A stretch of 64,000 bases of DNA from Phoronis australis. Lineage: Eukaryota > Animalia > Phoronida. The notes beneath the pieces are model-generated. The model was not told where the DNA came from and made no database searches. It saw only the letters and a program-made list of their open reading frames with translations. The translations under genes were made by a program, and so were the position numbers. The DNA is taken from assembly GCA_002633005.1 (NCBI GenBank), contig NMRA01000079.1, positions 1,021,182-1,085,181 on the forward strand, in the 5' to 3' direction. Below, one piece after another: positions 38,038-50,458 of this stretch. Numbering within the stretch: the first letter of the stretch is position 1; each line of letters begins with the position of its first letter.

Positions 38038-39072
38038 GTAAGAGCCATAATTTCGTGTCTTATTTTCCTTCGATTAACCCATTTGCATGAGATATGAAAT
38101 GTATTCTAAACACAATAGCACGGCGGTACATCCACGGATTTGGGAAAGTTTGCATTGCTCGTAATCAAGGTTATTTTGTGTAGATGCACACAAAATAAAA
38201 GATTTAAGTTTCGGAAGAAACATTCAGATTTCCCGCCGGATAGTTTGATATTCACCATTTTTTGTAACATTAAAACGTGCCCTTGTAATGTAGCAGAATG
38301 CAATCCGAGTCGATATGTCACACAAAACGGTGCTTGGAATTAAAACATATGGTAGTTGTCACAAAAAGCCTTTTAACCTTTGCGGCACACTGAGCTCAAG
38401 ACACATGTTAAATGTTCATCTTTTTATGATGTCGTAGCAAATTCCGTTCTATAAATTATAAATGATGTTTTACTATATTATTGCAATTTCTCAACACGGT
38501 TTCTTATGGCTTGAGAATATTCACGTTGTGCACGTGCAGTCCAACGCTTTGCAGCAGGAACTAAACAACACTTTCACAACGAAAGAATATATCAGCGCAT
38601 TAGACGAGTAAATACACTCGCGAACGACTAGCAGACTTCGGCAGGAATTGGGGATTTGCAATAAACTCATTTAAAGTTCCTGTTTTTAAGCTCTGGTCAA
38701 AGCTAATAACTTCAAAAAGTCTATCTTATCCAATAACATTTCCTGTCATAAATTCGATAGTGTCCCTTCAAAACATTATGCTCTTGATTACGTTTGATGT
38801 CACTATCCCAACACATGTCATTCAATTTTATTTTTACCGTTAGCTGACACCGTGCAGCGGGGATTTAATTGTAACTTTTTCTAAGTCAACCACGGTATAC
38901 GGTGCTTTTGAAACAGATAGGGGATACTTTTCCTTGTGAAGTCAAAGACTTTGTGTAATACATGGCAAGACCACGTTATTTGTAAGTTACTAAAACCTGA
39001 AGTCATATTATTTCTTAGAAACTGCCAACTTGCTTATTCTCTTACAGGTGTTGTGCATGTACCTCCGATAAA

Positions 39073-39109
39073 ATGCGATTGGTGTCTCTGTTGTTAGTTT
39101 TCGCTGCAA
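39073..39109 (+). CDS. Gene C coding exon 1 (signal peptide)
   Basis: aaa[15 protein letters not shown]-a|gtaagt; 37 nt; acceptor cttacag ends 39047. Confidence 0.82.
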
Positions 39110-42100
39110 GTAAGTGCCCGGCACGTCAGAGATGATTTTGTTTAGCGATCATGACATTCGGCTTTACTAATGTTAATCAAGAAACCATGGTATATCAAAC
39201 TTTACTACTTTTGCAATACGAGACTGTGCCAATTACTTATGAATTGTCTTGATACCCATTTACTTTTATAGAAAGGTGTGCCTCACCCGCACATTAAATG
39301 AGTTGATTTGTATCAATACATATGCCTCACTGTATAATGTCACGTTCCAATACACGTCCGTGAACAGAAACGCATCAGTAGTTTGCTTTCTCACTGGCTG
39401 AGTTTTTTAAGACGTCAGGTAATCGCTGCATACATGCACGTGTACATGTACCAATCTTTTACGAGCAGGGCAGTTAGACTTAGTAAAAACGCCAGTTTAC
39501 TCCAGGTGCACGATTTCGATTGTGCCAAGTGACATTACGTCACAACACTTAACTGCACTGATGTACTTGAATGCGTAGTTTGACTGGGTAACGTGTCGAG
39601 CGAGAATTTGAACAAAAATATTCATTGGAAATAAACAAAGTAGTACTGTTAATTTATTGAATATGTGGGACTAGACAAATGAAAATTGACCAGCTCAATT
39701 ACAGTGCGAAGTATAGACTCTCACTCAAACGACATTGACACAAGCGATGGAAGGGGCGACGGAATGCGACGAATCGTTCGATTAGCGCTTTTCTTCTCCA
39801 AAACCCTGATGGACTCTTGGGTGAACAAAAAGAACAGACCAGCCACCGACTTAACTGACCATCTGCAGTCGAAATTTCTGCAAAAGGTAATGGAGTCTGG
39901 ACCTGCAACTTCATTGTAGAGAAAAATTTAGCAATGCATTCACTGCTTGAGACTTATGGTTTCAAAAATCGTCCAATGCCGAAGAGGGTTCTCATTTCAA
40001 AACTGATCAATGTCTGTTTTAGCTCTTCAACAATTTGTTTACGGGGTCTCGGTTTGGAGGACACGAGGCCCTTTGGAAAAATGTGAATGCGTCCTCTCAG
40101 CTATTTACACGTACACGTATAGGAGCAGCCTGTACACTCATACATGTATGAGCTAGTTCAAACTCACTGCGTGTACATGAATGATAGTGACTGCCACGTG
40201 ACAATGAAACAATTCATTCAGGCAACACAAGAGTTTTTCACCTGCCAACAACCTTTAAGATGTCTATCAGCAGCAAACTGAGGTATCAACAACTTCAAGT
40301 CGCAATTTCGCCTTTCAACGAAGTAGAACAACCAACTTCAGAACAAGTTTCAGTGCGGACCACTGAACGATTAACTACAATACGTTTAATTACTTTTCTC
40401 AGTTAACAAAGGCATCGTTCCACATTTCAGTTTAACAAGCTGTGGGCCGAACCTCAGTTGGGAGCAGGGATCGACATTAGATTTGAGATTGTAAATATCC
40501 GTTACCTGACGGCCCGTGAAGAGGTAATCTGATCTGTTGTCGCTCACAAGTCACGCCAGTATTAAAATTGTTGTTGGTGTAAAATCAAGTGACATTGAAC
40601 ACGAGACAACGGTTTTGGTTAATGTGACATACATGTAAGACCTAAAACAGAAAATTGGATTGAAACGATCCCATTTCACAATTAGTGAAAAAATGATAAG
40701 CGCATCAAATTTAGACATGATTTATAGAAATTAATTTGAAAACTCTCAGTCACTTTTCATAAAACAGCTTCCTGTGTCTGTTGAAAATCACTATAAAACA
40801 TACATGCATATGTAGTGCCACAGAACCAAGAATGTTAACGCCGTATTAATGCACATGTATAAACGTACACATGTGTCCTAAATCCAAGGCAGATATATAC
40901 ATGTACATCTACTGTTCATTTGATTCAATAGAAATGAGTCCACTCTATCTTTTTTCTTTAATATAGGCAGAGTTGAAAAACCTGCAAGGAAATCTGAGAC
41001 CTGCCAGAGGAGACTCCGCTGGTCTAGTGGCCTTTTGTGACTGGGCAAAAAAACAAAAATCCGGGGAAGACCAGTGGGATATACCAGCGTATATCGTAGA
41101 TAAGTAAGTTTTTGTAAGCTTTAATATGTTTCCTTTCATGCAGACAGAGGGGTTGGCAGCTGGACGCCAGTTTCTTTAGTTACAAACACTTTCTTAAAAT
41201 TGTCACCAATAGATTAGATTTGAAGGTACATGTACATGTAGCCTGGCAGTGAGAGTTAAACATGCCGTCGTCATTTTCTACCAAATCGGTGATACATGTA
41301 CACTGTAACTGCGTGTAAATCATACGAATATCTACATATAGTGCACACGAGTGCCGTAATATCCATCAGCACATTGGAAAAGAGCGGGTATTATTTCCTA
41401 CTCTAACTCTGGGCGGGGAGAGTCTCCCTGCGTACATTGTGCACTTATAAAATGTTTATCACTTCCCGTAAATCTATTTTGTTGGCCGACAAGCAAACTA
41501 TTCTAGTCTTGTGACAATAACTGCAGCGTAAAAGATAAACTGTAAGTTTTGTCATTTTCAGTGAACGTTAAAAATTCCACGGTGAACAATTTTCGAATAG
41601 TTGTGCCAATTTCGACTAAAAATTTAACAATTTTAAATTGAAACTTGAAAATTGCTAAATCATGGGCAATCCTTTTATCTCACAGATCATCGGACTCTCG
41701 CACGTGACCTAATTGGCCACCTCGAGACTAGTCGCGAGAGTTTGCACTGAAGATTTCCGGCCACCTACTCGACTGAGCTTTGATCGAATCAAACCAAATT
41801 TCACTTCTCATTTTCATTTTGTTTTATTTTTCATCAAGTGAGACTCTTGAGGTACGGTAAACTCAGCGAAAAACCTCGCCAAAGTTAGTCAGCAAACCCC
41901 ACAATTACATGTACACTCAGTGGTCATTTCTCATAAGCGCCGACCTGCCGGGAGTAGTTTGTCCTCTGATGTCTTTTTAGCTCCAGTCCTACAGTACATG
42001 TAGAAGTACTTTTGACAAGCTATTATACATGTACTACATGCCATGAGTGTTTCAACAAGACAGATGCTGGTGTTAATTTTTTTATAGTAAGAAGCTACAT

Positions 42101-42283
42101 TTGGCCTAGATAAAAAGTTAAGGCCCTGAAACAGGTGTGTTTACTTAACTCTCAAGCAAATTACTCACAATTCCTGAGCTAAGTGTAAGCGTGGGAGACT
42201 GCGTGTTTGTGGGTGTGTGTGTGCGTGCGTGCGTGTTTGTGTGTGTGTGTGTGTGTGTGTATGTTTGTGTGTGTGTGTATGTT

Positions 42284-42314
<31 letters not shown>

Positions 42315-45300
42315 GTGTGTGTGTGTGTGTGGGTGTGTGCATGTATATGTGCGTTTGCGTGAGCGCGTTTGTCTCTGTGTGTAATTACTTTTTTCAATTG
42401 TTTCTATACTTCATTTGTGCAATGTTTACCTTTTGTCGATATGCCGTTTTTTGATAATTTTATTACAGAGAAGTAGCTCTCCTGTTGACTGTAGTATTTA
42501 CGTATACAGCTGTACCAGCGAAATGAAATTTCAAAAATGAAAAGTTTACATTGTAAAAGAACCGAACCCAGTGCTTCATATTACTGACAGTGTTTATTGT
42601 ATTTGCCAATTGCCCTGCTGTTGTCTCACTGTCACATTTTTTATTTTTTCCGCCATCTTGCTACACCACCAGAATGTCCCAATTTTTGACGCACTGCCAA
42701 ATGAATTTTTGCATACATGTGCATGTACTATTTTAATTTCCCACGTGACCTAGCCATATTTTCTCGCTGGACTGAAAAGAAACAAACCAGTTTCCCTTTC
42801 AGATATAAAAACTGCAACGAAAAACTAGAGCTCTTTTTGGAATTTTCGGTGTTAAATCTCTCTTTCGACAAAATAGATTGTCGGTACGTCACTGTGAGTT
42901 GCAGCGAACACTTCACTCTTACGTTTGGTTCTAAATATCCCGTTATATATGTTCTGCAGCGGCAGACCTTCGTTTTCAGTAAGGGGGCGTTTGGGATTCG
43001 CGCGGGTCCAAGGAGGGGGCTTTGTAGCTGATTTCGTTTTCCTGGTGACTTTTTTTTAATTTTTATTTCTGATCCTGTCACAGGGGCTGTGGTGTGAACC
43101 CACTGAACCCCCCAGTAGATTTGCCGCTGTACTAAGTCCCAAATTGCAATCCAGTTGTGCTGTTTTTCCTTCTTGATTGTTGACCGTGACAACTATGCAA
43201 CAGGTGTTCAAAATTACTTCTTTCTTGAATGAATATTGATATTTTTTTAAGAATCCACTTTCTTTAGTAACGTAACAATCACAAAATTGTGTTGCAGTGT
43301 CTCTTTTTACGGTAACATACACTACATGTACAGTATCAGAATGAGAAAATAGTTACACAGTTCCACACGACGAAGATTGCTTGTACTGAAAATGTGCACG
43401 TACATGTACTGTACATGTACTTACACTAATAGGAAACGGCAACCGGATTCCCTTAGTCGCGACGCAGTAGGAGAAGCGCGGAGTGGTATGAAAGCAGTGT
43501 GTGGCTCAAACTGCTTGGTGATGAACGGCCGAGTGGTGCATTGGCGATTTGAGCCGATTTACGCAAATCTGCTTGCACACGAAGTAGGCCATATGTAAGT
43601 AATTATGTTTACTCTACCTTCCGAAACTTAGTATAACCGTGAAAAGTTATTTTTGTATGAAATATTGCAACGTAGCAAGGAGAACAGGAGCGTCTGGTCA
43701 CGGGTGTTGCCCCTAAACGGTGACAAAACTAAATGGTGGATTAGTAAAGTTGTTGAGGATTCCGTACTGGTTAGCGGCGTGTAATTGTCGGTGCAGTTAG
43801 TCACGACCTAAGAGGCGGCCCTGCGAATTTGGTGACAGCACGAGCAACCTAAATGAGCGCGGAATGCACAACGTGATGAGTACTGGATGCTCATCAACAA
43901 CGATAGTGAGCATAAAAAGAAGGGCGGGGGGGGGGGGCAGTCAGTTGTACATGTACGCTTCGCTTCTTCTCGATGATAAACTTGGCTACATGTTTGTGTT
44001 CGTGAGACCGAGGATGCCCGTTAAAGGTCTCAGTGGAGCGACTGAATACGTGTAGTTTCGACAATCGCCGATAGACCACGTTTACCACAGCTATACATGT
44101 AGCTACGATTTTCCACACGGCACCAAAGCAAATATTAGGGAAATCCTTTGCAAGCTTACTAAAGTAGCAGGATTTTTGCGATGTGATCACATTTCACTGA
44201 CTATTTTGTCACATACAGTCAATCTGTCAAAGTGGGTCCTGGGGAACTAAACACAAAATAAGAGACATGTAAAACAAGTGAAATCTCGATAACAGTCTAT
44301 TCTGGCCCGGCGTATACATGTACTTATATGACTGTAACCTCTACTCGGTATATGTACAGTTTTGTACCTGCTTTTCTCGTCTTCAAGCATCGAATATTCT
44401 ATCTGTCCCACCAAGCGCATCATAAAACTTCCTATCAACTACTGCTTGTGTGACAGAGCTGGAAGTTCGGTCAATTATTTGCGTTTATATTTTCCTGAGA
44501 CCTGATTGGTTGGAAGTATTGGCTTGGTTGACACGTCATGATAGAGATCAATACGGACCAACGCTAGGACCTCTATAAAAATAAGACTTCACTAGAGTAC
44601 GTGAGATTTTCTTTTTTTATAAGAACAAGTGATTTTGGTTAGATTACTCCGTCGCGAGACAGGTACTGAACTCTATTCAGAACTATCCGTTCCTTGCAAG
44701 TATGTCGAGAAAAGGCAACATCACATTAACGGAGACACATTTTACAACTGCTTAAACTGATTTATCGTAGAAGCAACTTCTTGGGGACGATGCGACTTTA
44801 GTGGTATACATGGAGTCGAAACAATAGATAAAACTTCTGCATGATTATAACAAACCTGGAATAGGTGCTAGATTATGGGTGGAGCCTTTAGCTTACTACT
44901 AGACTTATAGATTGAAAGTGCGTTTAGAATTATACTCTTCCGGCGTGTTACTTAGTTTTAGCTTTGGTTACAAGTCCAGAAAAAGGCACCTCGTATTTTA
45001 AGTATTTTCGGTTGTTATGGTTAGTCTTATCTTAGTTGCAATGCGTTTCTCATTTCTTTAGTGCAACATGGCCATTCAATGTTCAATAATTAAATATTAT
45101 AAATTAAATGAAGTAGGCATAAGTTGTCTGTGTGTTGTAGTGAACAATTACCTATACAGTGTATGTTATACGTTACAAAGCCTTACGTTAAAGTTCCATG
45201 AAAGATTGCGGATTAACCGTGGCTAACCTGCCATGGCAGGTTGGGATAATCTAGAAATATGTCAACCAACTTGAGCTTGGAAATTGTTTCGTGAATGTCA

Positions 45301-48300
45301 CTGAAATGAGGATCGCATAACGCAAAATGTAATTTCCACTCTTGTCATTTCACCGTGCTATGTCAATATCTATTAAATGTGACACTAGCAATGTTAATAC
45401 GGATTGTATTTCCTTGTTTAAGCACGATTGTTCGTTTTTCATGGTTGTGTTGTAGTTTGGACTTCCAACATCCTCCCGCTGAGTGTCACGAGGACATCAT
45501 GAGATCCCCTGGGAGATATAGTGTGTGGTCAGAGTGTACGAAAAAGAAAGCCCGGAAATTGTTCGGGTGAGACTATCGAAATGCTGATCCATTAACGGCT
45601 TTGGAGAGTTTATATACCTGTGTGTACATGTAACCACCGTTGCTAAACTAAACAAAGTTGATTTTGTAATTGTATTTTTCACTGATCAACACTTCCTGGA
45701 ATTGTGTGACCAATCATCTCTTACAGCTATTACACCTGGAGAGAGTTCTTCGTTTCCATGTGAACATAGTAGAGGGCATATACATGTAGTACACATCATT
45801 TTCATTTGACAAATTGCACCAATGTGATATTACTTAACCGGTTGCTATTTTACATAGTCGTCTCAAAATTGATCACGTAGCCAACCGACCAGAGCGACGT
45901 CATTCGTGAAAATGGTAATTGGTACAATGAACACATCCAATAACGTTGTCACAGTCTCCATCGTGTCAACATCATCACTAACCATCATTATCATCACCAG
46001 CAGCATCGTCATCGCCTTCACCGTCATTAACACCACCATCATTATCAGCGTCTTCCTAATATCAAGATTATCACCGTCAGCATCCTTGGCATACTCATCA
46101 CCGTTACAAATATGACCGCCATAACCATTGCCCTCAGCACCACCGCATTCACCATCAGTATCGTGTCACCATCTTCTTTGTCATCGAAAACGTCATAGTC
46201 CACTTTAGTACAACGCCCAAAAGTGGATGTTCATATCAAATAAAAAGAAGTGCTGTTTATTATAACACATAATGTTTCGAGGCCTGTCTTTTCAATGGCT
46301 ATACATTGCACAGAGAAGGGGGGGGTCTCACTTGCGTTACTTCCAAACATTTAGGGCTTCTCTAAGATGTACTTATTCAAATACTGCGAAAAGAAACTAA
46401 CTTTAGAGGGAGATATTGCGGCCTCATTATATTTCCAGTATATAATAAGTTTATTATATAGTCTGATTATGATCTTTCGGGTTTTATTTTGAATATTCAA
46501 CTAAATGTTTGCTACCTGTGAACTCCGTACTAAGACTTGACTTCCTCATTAGTTTTGTTGTTTTCCCCGTGTACATCTGTGTACTTTAGTTTGTTTCACT
46601 GCACATATAATCGCCTGTAATACAATTTAGTTCTTAATTTCACAGAAAACATTTCGAAAGTAAAGACAGTGATTTCGAATTCTCACTAAAAGAGAACATA
46701 TTTATGTACAAAGTGTAAAAGGATATGGATGTTTGAGTTATAATAATAGGTACATGTATTAGACAGTGACAGGTTTCGTGGCGGTTGACATAATCACACG
46801 GATCGAAATCGGACAATCGGTAGAAGTATTGGGTTCAGTTCATAAAATTTGGCGTTGTGTTTAAGGTTAAGTTCATGTTTAGGTGCAGGGTTAGAATTAG
46901 GGGGAATGATCTGGTTAGGTTGGTAGGACACGGTTAGGGTTAGATTAGGCATCTATGTGAATTCGTGTGATATCATTTCCTTTAGATTTTATTCCGTGGT
47001 ACGCGTATGTATCACGTCACAGTAACTTCATGCTCGCTGGAAAATTTGGTAACCCATGCTGCGTGTCCACGTGCTTTTACGCGGCGTGAACGGTGTAAGT
47101 TGATTTCAATCCAGCTCCTGTTGTCTCCCATTATAGGAATCCTTGGGTTTATCCGTGCTTAGTTTATCAGCACGGAACAATGCCTCCGCCAACTGCCCGG
47201 CCCGGACGGGTTTCGCAGGAAGATCTTGCAGTGATTAAGCAGACCTGTCCCAGCGGCAAAGTGGGTAGTCACATGGATTTCGATGATCAGCATTCTTTTT
47301 ACGCTAATGATTACTTCAAATGGAACGATGTGGCGCCCCAGTGGGTAAGAATCTGCTGTTCCGGAGATAGCCCTGCTTTCTTATGTAAACATTAGTTAAT
47401 TCAACCAACAAGCGCATGCATGTACAGCAATATGAAACTTAATTAAGTACATCAAGGAAATTAAAACATTATGGAGCCCTATGAAGTCTACGGTGCGACC
47501 ATTCGTGACATTATTTAAGAGAAACTCTTAGTTTCATGTGTTTATTATAATGGAATTAGTCCCCTCACATGTACATCCCGTATGTTTAATGTTCAACGGT
47601 ATGTATCACAGATTTGTTGATGCCTGTGATCGAGCGGGAATAACCGATCTCTGGTTAAACTTTCAGTGGCACAAGGAAAACGTCTGCAAATGGCGGCCTT
47701 GTCGAACGGAAGACGGACCATCCTATTACGCTTTGACGCCGTTGACAGGATATCGTTGTGGCGTTAATAAGGTGCTACCGTAACACTGTTNTCACGTCAC
47801 AGTAACTTCATGCTCGCTGGAAAATTTGGTAACCCATGCTGCGTGTCCACGTGCTTTTACGCGGCGTGAACGGTGTAAGTTGATTTCAATCCAGCTCCTG
47901 TTGTCTCCCATTTCAGGAATCCTTGGGTTTATCCGTGCTTAGCTTATCAGCACGGAACAATGCCTCCGCCAACTGCCCGGCCCGGACGGGTTTCGCAGGA
48001 AGATCTTGCAGTGATTAAGAAGACCTGTCCCAGCGGCAAAGTGGGTAGTCACATGGATTTCGATGATCAGCATTATTTTTACGCTAATGATTACTTCAAA
48101 TGGCACGATGTGGCGCCCCAGTGGGTAAGAATCTGCTGTTCCGGGGATAGCCCTGCTGTCTTATGTAAACATTAGTTAATTCAACCAACAAGCGCATGCA
48201 TGTACAGCACTATGAAACTTAATTAAGTACATCAAGGAAATTAAAACATTATGGAGCCCTATGAAGTCTACGGTGCGACCATTCGTGACATTATTTAAGA

Positions 48301-50458
48301 GAAACTCTTAGTTTCATGTGTTTATTATAATGGAATTAGTCCCCTCACATGTACATCCCGTATGTTTAATGTTCAACGGTATGTATCACAGATTTGTTGA
48401 TGCCTGTGATCGAGCGGGAATAACCGATCTCTGGTTAAACTTTCAGTGGCACAAGGAAAACGTCTGCAAATGGCGGCCTTGTCGAACGGAAGACGGACCA
48501 TCCTATTACGCTTTGACGCCGTTGACAGGATATCGTTGTGGCGTTAATAAGGTGCTACCGTAACACTGTTGGAATCTGTTTTTGATGTTCTGCACGCGGA
48601 CACGATGAAACGGAATGATGAAACTTGAGCACACAAAGTCCCTTACACATTGTTGTTCGAATTTCAGAAGGAGAAAGGTTTAAAATGTGTAGGCAAACAG
48701 TTTCCCATTTCTTTAACATGGACCAATCGCCAACAAAAATTAAATTCACCAGAAAAAAAGTGTTACATGCATTATACACGTATCCTGACGTGCATACTGC
48801 CATTTGTATTCTGGATGCAGACATTGTATTCAAAAGGTCTGTCGCTATTAATATTTTAAAATGCGTTCTTTCATTCTTTGAAAATCAATATTCAAAAACC
48901 TATTCATATTTTTTCACTATGTCATGAGTGCCTCGTGGAAAGTACTTTCTGAGAACGTTGTCCATAGGTAGTTGCTATGTGACGTACATATAACAACTTG
49001 TATTTTTCAGATATTACATTAGAACCTCATGGATTAAACATGAAACTTCTTAAATTTTATCATTTAATTTTTTCCGCAACTATGTATAATATTCATTACG
49101 CCACATCTTAAATGTCATTTGTCATATAGTGATTTTACTTTATTTCTGTTTCTGTTGACGGAGGACATTATTACATCCGAAAATTTCAGTTGATTCATTC
49201 TTGTTGTTTTCATTATTTACCTATTTATATTTCAGATATGTGATAATGAGACGAGTTGTGTATCAGCCGGAAATTCTGGTTGTGGAGCGACACGTGACAT
49301 GGGAGGAATAAAGGGCTTGTTTTCGTCGTACAAGTACACAGAGCGAAGTCATTACCTTCCTAACTTAAAGTGTGCCTGGAGAATTACAGTTCCAAAAGGA
49401 CAAAGAGTAGAGGTAAGTGAACAGGATTATGCAGTTGAATTTACCGTAGAGTAAGTCAATACAAAATACATGCAATCTTCAAAAGAAGCCTGACAACGTC
49501 CAGTGTTGACAATGTTCCAACGCTCAAAACCATGGGGTTAATTTCCGCCAAATCTCACCAGATGGTGCTCCTGAAATTATTTACAACTTATCTTGCAACA
49601 CATTCACATAAGGAGGCGGGGTTAGAAACGCCACGATCAACTCTGGCAAAAGTACGACAAAAACATTCTAGTGGTACGAAAGTTCAACTTAACTGCCACA
49701 CAGTTCTGGTAGGAATTGCAATCAAGATTGACAAAGTCTCTGTTGAAAAGTGATTTAAATGTATATGGATTTAAGCGTTGTGTTGTTTTTCTGAGTGGAG
49801 TAACAGATTGAGTTGTACGCTCACGTCACATTTAACACTGTTAAAACTATTTTACTAAAAATGGTTCCAGTGCTACTACGTGTACATGTACCTGGAATTC
49901 TGAGGAATGGGCTCATCATTTAACCAAAATACTACCTCGTCGTGGATACGGTTTACCCATTTCAGCAGTCATGTGGTATCTGGCCTTAAAACCGACTGCA
50001 AATTGACGTAGATTTTGCAAAGTTTGTAACGAGCTATGAAACGATCCCCATACTCAAGTTTTAATCCTGTGGAGTAAAAGTGGATACAACTCAATGATAT
50101 ACAAAACATTTACTAGTTACAAATATAATAACTCCTGTTTCAGTATCACTCCAAAATTTAAAACGAGGCTCTGCGTGGTGTGCACTGTGGGTTCATGAGT
50201 TACTTCCGTTGATTTCAGCTGAGTTTCTTGACTATGGACGTTCCTGGCCTGGCCTATTGTGGAGTCAACCAGTACGGGGGAGATAGCGTTGACGTTTACA
50301 ATGGGCGTGACACCAACGCATCACTAGTTGCATCGCTGTGCAACGGCATCTTGAAAACTGTCAAATCGACGCCAAATGTCCTGTATGTGACGTTTAGGTC
50401 AGACAGGCATGATCTCATAACAGGGAAGGGCTTCGTGGCAGTTTACAAGTCAGTGTGA
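39073..50458 (+). CDS. Gene C: secreted ADAMTS-like zinc metalloprotease with Cys-rich and CUB domains, 483 aa; join(39073-39109,39705-39886,40431-40523,40967-41103,43433-43594,45456-45566,47137-47344 [or 47917-48124],47667-47771 [or 48447-48551],49236-49412,50219-50458)
   Basis: 10 exons total 1452 nt open frame; N-terminus [12 protein letters not shown] signal-like; HEVGHILDFQH, DIMRSP; exons 7-8 appear twice around an N. Confidence 0.9.
39705..39886 (+). CDS. Gene C coding exon 2
   Basis: [32 protein letters not shown]...FLQK|gtaatg; 182 nt. Confidence 0.85.
40431..40523 (+). CDS. Gene C coding exon 3
   Basis: [31 protein letters not shown]|gtaatc. Confidence 0.9.
40967..41103 (+). CDS. 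Gene C coding exon 4
   Basis: [45 protein letters not shown]-aa|gtaagt. Confidence 0.9.
42200..42380. repeat. (TG)n microsatellite
   Basis: Direct reading. Confidence 0.95.
43433..43594 (+). CDS. Gene C coding exon 5 (HExxH)
   Basis: [32 protein letters not shown]...LLAHEVGH-at|gtaagt. Confidence 0.9.
45456..45566 (+). CDS. Gene C coding exon 6
   Basis: gtag|[36 protein letters not shown]-gg|gtgaga. Confidence 0.9.
45950..46200. repeat. Degenerate (CAT/CAC)n low-complexity tract
   Basis: catcatc/caccac-rich decayed trinucleotide repeat. Confidence 0.65.
47137..47344 (+). CDS. Gene C coding exon 7, copy a
   Basis: [26 protein letters not shown]...VAPQW|gtaaga. Confidence 0.8.
47667..47771 (+). 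CDS. Gene C coding exon 8, copy a
   Basis: [35 protein letters not shown]|gtgcta. Confidence 0.8.
47917..48124 (+). CDS. Gene C coding exon 7, copy b (probably the other allele)
   Basis: 780-nt offset copy of 47137-47344 with 4 substitutions. Confidence 0.7.
48447..48551 (+). CDS. Gene C coding exon 8, copy b (probably the other allele)
   Basis: Identical to 47667-47771. Confidence 0.7.
49236..49412 (+). CDS. Gene C coding exon 9
   Basis: [21 protein letters not shown]...[20 protein letters not shown]|gtaagt. Confidence 0.92.
50219..50458 (+). CDS. Gene C coding exon 10
   Basis: [10 protein letters not shown]...[14 protein letters not shown]; AATAAA at 50489 and 50519. Confidence 0.92.
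   Translation: MSFLTMDVPGLAYCGVNQYGGDSVDVYNGRDTNASLVASLCNGILKTVKSTPNVLYVTFRSDRHDLITGKGFVAVYKSV

Larger units (their letters stand above)
47012..48570. repeat. 779-bp direct duplication flanking N at 47791 (probable haplotype/contig overlap), contains gene C exons 7-8
   Basis: 47012-47790 vs 47792-48570, 9 substitutions by eye. Confidence 0.92.

Noticed and set aside
43377-43598. ORFs ending HEVGHM*/HEIGHM* as truncated pseudogenes (also 32452-32611, 59668-59916)
   Set aside because: The apparent Met-stop is the splice donor AT|GTAAGT; the motif completes in the next exon
47012-48570. Real tandem duplication of exons 7-8 in gene C
   Set aside because: Centred exactly on a single N, about 99% identical, and the two sets cannot be joined in frame; same pattern at 10190 suggests unmerged haplotype overlap. 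Not formally excluded.
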